Source: Octopus vulgaris (taxonomy: Eukaryota). From it: a stretch of 64,000 nucleotides of DNA. Made by a program: the position numbers and the translations under genes. Below the pieces are notes generated by a model. That model saw only the letters and a list, made by a program, of their open reading frames with translations, did no database searches and was not told where the DNA came from. The DNA lies in assembly GCA_951406725.2 (NCBI GenBank), contig OX597821.1:12834001-12898000 (forward strand), given 5' to 3'. Below, piece by piece: positions 55,623 through 64,000 of this stretch; the stretch's first letter is position 1, and every line of letters starts with the position of its first letter.

Positions 55623-56676
55623 GTATATATTTATATATATATATAACTATTTCGGAAATAATGAAGCCAAGAAAATCTCACCGTTTGTGTGTATTTCACT
55701 TCTTTTCCTTATTCAAAATAGCTGATGTTTTATTTTAATATCACTAGAAATAATTTCCTCCGTAAATCAGCACTTTTCTCAATGCGTATACATTTCACTT
55801 CATTTAAATGCTCTGTCTTTAGCTTATATCGTTGCATTCTGCTATAACATCTCCATGACTGCAAGCGTGTGATTTGATGACGTTTTTGTTTACGTAATAA
55901 TTTTGACGTTGATTCCTTCAGAATATGACTGCCTGTGTGTGTGTGTATGTGTGTGTGTGTGTGAGAATGTGTGTGTCTGTGTGTGGCTAAATGCCAAACG
56001 TATAAACGAAAGATTGTATACCAACTGGGAAAGTTATAGTTTGGAATTGATGCCGTGAAAAATGTTTATGGGGACATAAAAACATGACGTTTTAAATTTT
56101 TAAAAAAATCGAATTATACGCAAACAACCTGTGAAGGCGTTTCTGGGTTTTATTAATTATATCTCTTCCCAAATGTAACAATATATTGATTTCAACACAA
56201 TTCTACAGATTAAAATCCTTTCAAAATAAATTCAAACTTGAAAAGAAATTAATAAGATAAGCAAAGAAACCGATATCACGAACGTTCCACAAGGTTTCTC
56301 CCACAATTACAGCCCTTAAAGATTCTAACAAACCCTCTCATTCACTGGGTGCTTCAATGCACTTGGCTATTCCATTTACATCGTAAACAATCCATACAGA
56401 ATAAATAGAAAGTGAGATTGTTGAAGCCGAGCCAACCATGAAGATACCCAAGGAATCTAGTCGGAGAGTGTAATGACAATAGGTTTTGTTACGACACTGT
56501 GGGGGAAGCGCCTGAAGACTATCCCAGGAATAGTGGGCAGATGTGAGGGGTGGATGGATAGGTATAAGTCTTCCATACTAATCAGCATTTTTACATATAT
56601 GATGCTAAAAACTTTTCTCCAAAGATACTCGCTGATGAATCGCCGCTTCACACAGATTTAAGAATATAAAAATATG

Positions 56677-57005
56677 TAGGGGCATGGCTGAGTTGTTAGA
56701 GCGTCGGACTCACAATCATGACGTACTGACTTCGATTCCATCACAGCGCTGTGTTTTGTGTCCTTGAGTGAGACACTTTTTACACGTTGCTTCAGTCCAC
56801 AATGTTGAAGAAATGAGTTGCGACATCACTGGTGCCAAGTTGAATCGGGTTTTGCCTACTCTTTCTATAACATCGTTGACATGGAGAGGGGAGGCTGGTA
56901 TGCATGGGCGGCTGCTTGTCTTCCATAAAATACCTTACTCAGACTTGCTCCTTGGAGGGGAACTTTCTAAGTGTAATCCCATGGTCATTCATGACCAAAG
57001 GCTTT
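56677..57005 (+). mobile_element. Old tRNA-derived SINE (body related to family D, different tail)
   Basis: tggctgagttgttag A-box-like; ttcgattcc; ttgtgtccttgagtgagacactt..cacgttgcttcagtccac. Confidence 0.6.
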
Positions 57006-57631
57006 TTCTACACTTTTATCTGCTACATATGAGGAAAATACTATCTGTATAGTAAACAAGTAAATATTATTTCCCTAAACAATAAATCCACTTATTTCGG
57101 TTAGTGACTTATTCACAAATATACCAACACTAGCGCCGCTGAGTCTAATATTCTCAAGGAATACTCAAAAGCCCTTTTCAGAGTTATTCACTTTAGATTG
57201 TTATTAACTCATACCTGATTAGCCTGTTATTATGTAACATGTTTCACGATTTTATTATACATACCTTATTAACATTTCCGCCAAAGTTCTATATACGCTG
57301 CACACGTATTAAAGCCCTTTTTGGGGCTACTTCATTTGAGTTCTTACTATTAGGCAACTAATTTCATGTTTTTACATAACTGACTTCACAGTTTTGGAAT
57401 TCCGAAAAACAAGATCCCGTGTAAGGCAGTTCGGTATCCTCTGTAAATGCACAAAAACCGTTTTAAGCGCTACATACTTTCTATTGTTGTCACTGGATCA
57501 GCGAAACAATTATGAGGACGGAACCAAAGGATAAGCCCGGCTTTCCTGGGAATTACCAGGTACATCAGCTAGTATATACATATATACATACATATATATA
57601 TATATACACTCACACACACACACACACACAT

Positions 57632-57727
<96 letters not shown>

Positions 57728-58132
57728 CAAATTGTTAATTATTATAATTACACAAATTGTTCCTTTATAGCAACTGTAAATATCAGTTTTAAATATAATT
57801 TCGGGAACTCTCGCAGTCTTTTGAAAGTAAATATAGAGTTTGTCTTTTTCATCTATTCACCATGTCAGTATATCTTTGACTCTTGGAGCAAGTTCTGTAC
57901 AAACAGTAAAAGCCGCCTATGAGTTTTTTAAACATAACCATTTAAATGGCATTACTGATAAATAACATACTTCCATAAACGTCGGACTGCTGGGAATACT
58001 ATCGCATCCGGAAAATTTAGAATATATTAGGAATTCATTTAGATATGTCGCTTGATGTTATTTCCATGTTCCTCACCGATTTAGCTGTACATATCTAATT
58101 ATTCATCTATCCTTCCTAGTACATATACATAC

Positions 58133-58540
58133 CCTTTTACTCTTTTACTTGTTTCAGTCATTTGACTGTGGCCATGCTGGAGCACCGCCTTCAGTCGAGC
58201 AAATCGACCCCGGGACTTATTCTTTTGTAAGGCCAATTTTTATACTATCGGTCTCTTTTGCCGAACCGCTAAGTTACGGGGACATAAACACACCAGCATC
58301 GGCTGTCAAGCAATGCTTGGGGGACAAACACAGACACACAAACATAGACACGCATACATATATATATACATATATACGACAGGCTTCTTTCAGTTTCCGT
58401 CTACCAAATCCACTCACAAGGATTTGGTCGGCCCGAGGCTATAGAAGAAGACACTTGCCCAAGGTGCCACGCAGTGGGACTGAACCCGGAACCATGTGGT
58501 TCGTAAACAAGCTACTTACCACACAGCCACGCCTGCGCCT
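58133..58540 (-). mobile_element. SINE family A, full length
   Basis: Matches family A on the - strand. Confidence 0.9.
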
Positions 58541-59048
58541 ACATACATAAATACAAAATGTCATTGCATCCAAAAGCTATATTTTTTATTGATTAATTTG
58601 ATGATGATACTTGTCAGCGGGTCGTTTAGCTTAATGGTAAAGCTGTCAGCAGGAATTTGAGGGGTTCGTGTCTTTTAGCTGTCTATTTACAGTTTCTTTT
58701 CTCTTTTCGTCTTATATATATATATATATTAACTGTACTGTGAAGGCAAGATCAGCAAAAGAGGTACGCCATCTGGTGAGATATAAATACTATTTGTTAA
58801 ACACAATATATATTTACATAAGGTACTAATAGTGTCAGGCAATGAAAACAACACAGCATTATATAACACATCTAGTGCCTTCAGGCAATTCTCCGGCTCT
58901 GCATACATATTCTAGCCTGTTATTTTAAGTGGGCAGAGACTGAAGATAGTACGGAGACACCAAACGCGTTATAAAATGCCGTGTGGGATATTTTCATCGC
59001 ATGAAACTATTAGTAACGCTTAAAAATATATAGTGTCTTTATTAAATA

Positions 59049-59443
59049 ACTAGCAGTATCACCCGGCGTTGCTCGGGTTTGTAAGGGAAATAACTATATA
59101 AGCATTTTTAGAGAGTTATAGCCAAAAAATAGCAAAAAATGCATTAGAAATGGGAGAAAAATTATGGTGAATTTTTTTTAAATCGTTGACTCATCGTAGA
59201 CATTTTTAGAGAGTTACTTCCCTTATATAATAGCGAAAAATGCATTAAAATGGGAACAAATGATGGTAAATTGTTTTTGAAATCGTAGACTCATCGTAGA
59301 CACGCGCTAATACCCAGAAGGGCTCGATATGAATCACGACTATAAGATACCCGGTTTTGGTTAAGCTGCACCGCAAAATGTGGGAGTAGTTAGGAATCTA
59401 AATCGTAGGAGACAGACACACAACTTCACTTTTATATATAAAG
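59049..59443 (-). mobile_element. Non-autonomous Helitron-like element
   Basis: 3' hairpin cccgagcaacgccggg followed by CTAGt; 5' ctttatatataaaag; internal direct duplication of about 100 bp (59102-59300). Confidence 0.75.
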
Positions 59444-59480
59444 CTATATCTATATATATTTATATATTATATATATTAAA

Positions 59481-60221
59481 TTTTTTTTTCTTGTTTCAGC
59501 TCAGAGCTGCGGCCATGCTGATGCACCGCTGTTTTGTGCTACACTGTTATTACGAAGGGCCTCCTCTAATATGCGGCACTTGGTGAAGAATGGAGTTTTG
59601 ATATAGCTACTCTCATTTACACCTCTTGCCGTGAGGTAGGTTCATCTGGGACTCTCGACAGGAAGATGTCCAGCTTTGATTTAAAAACCGCTACATCTAC
59701 TTTGTGCAAGTTCCTCAGACTCTTTGGGAGAGTATTAAACAGCTGTGGGCCCTTGAAACCCAGGCTGTTGCAGTAGCTGGCCCTGAAGCGTGATGGCATT
59801 GCTAGGATCTTTGGCGCTATGCAATGTCGTCCCGTTCTAGCTTACAATGCCAACATTTGGCACAATTCCTTCCAGGATCTTCCAAACATATATTACTGCA
59901 TACCTCTCCCGTCTTCTCTCCAGGGAGTAGAGTCTTAGCTGTTTCAACATTTCCCAGTAGCTGAGCTGTTGCAAAGAGGCGATCTTCTTTGTGAATCTTC
60001 TCTGGATTTCTTCAAGGTCCGCTGTTAATTTCACACTGGTGGGTGACCATGGCTGTGAGCAGTAATCCAGGCGGCTGAGGACGAATGTCCGCCAGAGAAC
60101 CATCATGGTTTCCTTATCTCTGGTTCTGAATGTTCTTAGGATCCAACCAGCCAGCCAGTCGTCTGCACTTTGTCGCCATCCTGGTATCATCACTCACGTC
60201 GATACCCAGGTCCCCCACAGA

Positions 60222-60223
<2 letters not shown>
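59481..60223 (-). mobile_element. CR1-clade LINE 3' portion with 3' UTR and tail
   Basis: [67 protein letters not shown]. Confidence 0.9.
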
Positions 60224-60301
<78 letters not shown>

Positions 60302-60362
60302 GATATACATATCTATGTATGTATATATAGATATATATACATATATACATATATATGTTATT

Positions 60363-60394
<32 letters not shown>

Positions 60395-60512
60395 ACTCAT
60401 AATACTCATATATAACTCACATTGATATGTAGCATCCACCCTTAGGGGTTAGCCATATTGAAATGGCAAAAATACGTCACGTATATAAATATACATATAC
60501 ATGTATACATAC

Positions 60513-60564
<52 letters not shown>

Positions 60565-60571
<7 letters not shown>

Positions 60572-61054
60572 TAGGGAAGGCCGATTTATGAGATTACCTC
60601 AGATTTCCCGTCCATAAAGGGTTTAGCTTAATGGTGTGCCATTAGATCCCAAAAATCTGTTAGACCAAGACCTCTTGAAAATATGGAAGAGGAAGTATTT
60701 CACTATTCAAAGGTAGCAATTCCAGATTATCCTCCTTTGCTATTGGCTATCCACTTCCGGCTATACCGCCATCTTGCGCGCTCGAAAAAAATAGTAGGAA
60801 CTGTTAGCTTTTTGGACCCCACAAGATGGCAGCACAGCAGGAAGCCGATAAGCAAGAGCAAAGGGTGACAATCCCCAATTGTTACATTTGAGTAGTGAGA
60901 CATTTTATCCTCCACATTTTTAAAAGGTCTTGGGCCAACAAGTTTTGGAGATCTGACGATATGCCACAAGGCTAAACCAGCCTTCCCCGTTTTAAATATG
61001 TACTGCTGTACTTCTTAGACTGTGACTCGTCTTTCGGATTTATGTTCTTTACAG

Positions 61055-61058
<4 letters not shown>
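60565..61058. repeat. Diverged fold-back element in (TA)n
   Basis: About 60615-60790 pairs with about 60808-60980 (similar peptides on opposite strands in the ORF track); outer aaaatagggaaggc / gccttccccgtttt. Confidence 0.75.
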
Positions 61059-61134
<76 letters not shown>

Positions 61135-61828
61135 CATACATACATACATACATACATACATACATACATACATACGTACTTACATATACACACACATAGT
61201 TATAGACATACATATATACGTATGTGTACATGTATTGTGTGTGTATGCGTGAGTATGGTTTTTCCTGTTTTTCATTGTTTCGTAATCTTTCTCTGTAATG
61301 TTCTCTTTTCTATTCATTCCGTCTCTTTTAGAATTTCTTTCTAACTATTCCGTCTTACACCATAAGACATAATAAACAACCACGGCAGATTCCATTACTC
61401 AGCAGACGGTCAGATTATAGCATTGTCCACAGACTCTTATAACGTCCTTTCACAACAAAAATGACGTTGTTGTTATTTCCTATCAACTCTGCTATTGATT
61501 AACGAATGGTTTCGTTTTCCTTATCAGCGCGTGAGATAATTACGTATAAATTTATATATAATTTTATATACGTATGCACAGATACAATCAAACAGACGTA
61601 TATTCTCTTACTCTCTCGCTCTCAGTATCTCTCTCTTTCTCTTTCTTTTTCTCACTATCTCTGTATCTTTGTGTCTCTCTCAATCAGATACACGCATATA
61701 TACATATGCATATATCATCATCATCTGTTTACCGATTTTTCCATACTTACCTGGAATGAACGAGTTTCTTTTCGTTCATGTCTCATTATTATAGCTTTTG
61801 TTGTTGTTGTTGTTATTATTATAATCAG

Positions 61829-62041
61829 TAAGCGGCGAGCTGGCAGAAACGTTAGCACGCCGGGCGAAATGCGTAGCCGTATTTCGTCTGCCGTTACGTT
61901 CTGAGTTCAAATTCCGCCGAGGTCCACTTTGCCTTTCATCCTATCGGGGTCGATAAATTAAGTACCAGTAACGCACTGGGGTCGATATCTGTCCTTGTTT
62001 GTCCCCTCTGTGTTTAGCCCCTTGTGGGTAGTAAAGAAATA
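61829..62041 (+). mobile_element. SINE family B with 13-bp TSD
   Basis: gcggcgagctggcagaaacgttagc head; attattataatca on both sides. Confidence 0.88.
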
Positions 62042-62056
62042 ATTATTATAATCAAC

Positions 62057-62455
62057 AGCGCATGACCTTGCAGGTGGGGCCCAGTTAAAATTTTCTTCTT
62101 GTCAATTGGCACATCCCGCTCAAAAGGTCATTGAGTAAGGGTTGTTTCAGGATGTTGAACGAACCACCTATGTTTCCAGAGATGAATTACGCAAACCCCA
62201 AAGAATCCCTCTCAACACATGGACATGATGTTCCCCCACTACTTCTGCTCGTGATCAGAGATGCACATATTGTCGGCCACTAAGGGACATGCTCAACTGG
62301 TTAAGGTCAAACAACTGACAAGCAAATCTCTGATATTGAGAAGAATATTTGCTGTAGCCCATCTTTTATACCAAGACAAAACAATGTACATGATAACACT
62401 TCCAATCAGTTAAGATCAGAAACCATGAGAGCCACTGCCTGGTACTGCATCAGGA

Positions 62456-62515
<60 letters not shown>

Positions 62516-62526
62516 TTTTATTATTA

Positions 62527-62617
<91 letters not shown>

Positions 62618-62636
62618 CATTATTATTATCATTATC

Positions 62637-62672
<36 letters not shown>

Positions 62673-62787
62673 GTTATTATCATTATCATTATCATTATCA
62701 GTATTATTATTATTATTATCATCATCATCATCATCATCATTATTATTATTATCATTATTATCATTATTATTATTATTATTATTATTA

Positions 62788-62863
<76 letters not shown>

Positions 62864-63035
62864 CATTATTATTATTATTATCATTATTATTATTATTATT
62901 ATTATTGTTGCTGTTAATGTTGTTATTGTTATTATCATTATTAATTGAGAGAGCAGTGCATGCCATCAAAATGACACTGGGGTAAAATACACAAAGCCCA
63001 GTATACCCATCATGACTACCCGTTTGATAAGGGCA
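62057..63035 (-). mobile_element. Two fragments of the 560-bp (TAA)n element: 3' end (62945-63035), (TAA)n array, 5' part (62057-62458)
   Basis: Reverse-complement matches to about 7615-7705 and about 7148-7551. Confidence 0.85.
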
Positions 63036-63269
63036 TTTCCTCTGGCCCTATGCCTTCTGAGTTCAAATGTTGCCGTGGTGGTCTGCTTTGCGTTCTATAT
63101 TTTCGGGGTCGATGAAATAAGTAGCCCTGAGCAATGGCGTCGATGTAATCGCGCCTTACTGGAAATTTCTGGCCTTACGAAAATATTAGAAAATTCTAAG
63201 ACGATTTTACGTTAATGTAATAAAATTACTGCACCACCTCCATCGACACTTCAGGACTTGTGACTATAG

Positions 63270-63493
63270 TACTCTCTCTTTTTTCTCTTTTACTCTTTCA
63301 CTTGTTTCAGTCATTTGACTGCGGCCATGCTGGAGCACCGCCTTTAGTCGAGCAAATCGACCCCGGGACTTATTCTTTGTAAGCCCAGTACTTATTCTAT
63401 CGGTCTCTTTTGCCAAATCGCTAAGTGACGGGGACGTAAACACACCAGCATCGGTTGTCAAGCAATGCTAGGGGGACAAACACAGACACACAA

Positions 63494-63552
<59 letters not shown>

Positions 63553-63708
63553 TACAACAGGCTTATTTCAGTTTCCGTCTACCAAATCCACTCACAAGGC
63601 ATTGGTCGGCCCGGGGCTATAGTAAAAGACACTTGCCCAAGATGCCACGCAGTGGGACTGAACCCGGAACCATGTGGTTGGTTAGCAAGCTACTTACCAC
63701 ACAGCCAC
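63270..63708 (-). mobile_element. SINE family A, near full length
   Basis: Matches family A on the - strand. Confidence 0.9.
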
Positions 63709-63923
63709 ACCACAAGGAATATTATTATTAAGGAAGCGAACAAAATGCATTGCAGGATGCCTTCCGGTCACAAGTTTTCTGAGGTTCAATTCGGACGTGA
63801 TCGTCCTTACCTTTCATCCTATCGCGGGTCGATGAACTAAATACCAGTCGAGTACTGGGGTTGATTTAATTGACTAACCCATTCCCTTAATATGGCTATC
63901 ATTACTAGTACTACTGCTACTGT

Positions 63924-64000
63924 GAAGGCGCAATGGCCCAGTGGTTAGGGCAGCGGACTCGCGGTCGGAGGATCGCAGTTTCGACTCGTGAAAACACCTA
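63924..64000 (+). mobile_element. SINE family E head (window end)
   Basis: ggcgcaatggcccagtggttagggcagcggactcgcggtcg. Confidence 0.7.

Noticed and set aside
61743-61754. ATACTTACCTGG, matching the U1 snRNA 5' end
   Set aside because: The match stops after 12 nt. It is equally a consensus splice donor on the - strand, with no supportable exon.

Overview
AT-rich, microsatellite-dense eukaryotic DNA, intronic or intergenic. The SINE families and (TA)n/(TAA)n/(GATA)n load look like an octopod cephalopod genome (recognised from memory, not searched). No intact long protein-coding gene is present, and nearly all ORF-track entries are microsatellite translations. Recognisable content: at least five tRNA-derived SINE families (my labels A-E); R4/Dong-like LINE fragments stacked in (TAA)n; CR1-, Tx1- and RTE-like LINE remnants; a Penelope-like 5' fragment; mariner and DD37D transposase relics; and a non-autonomous Helitron-like element. 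Most notable: (1) a tRNA-headed SINE carrying a Penelope-type minimal hammerhead ribozyme, once with an inverted partial copy; (2) further hammerhead-like motifs, including a recurring CUGUNGA core; (3) a CR1/SINE pair sharing a 3' stem-loop with compensatory changes; (4) asymmetric fold-back elements in (TA)n; (5) a 38-aa signal-peptide-like smORF, speculatively linked to an FF-GKR exon. Repeat boundaries are approximate and identities were judged by eye.
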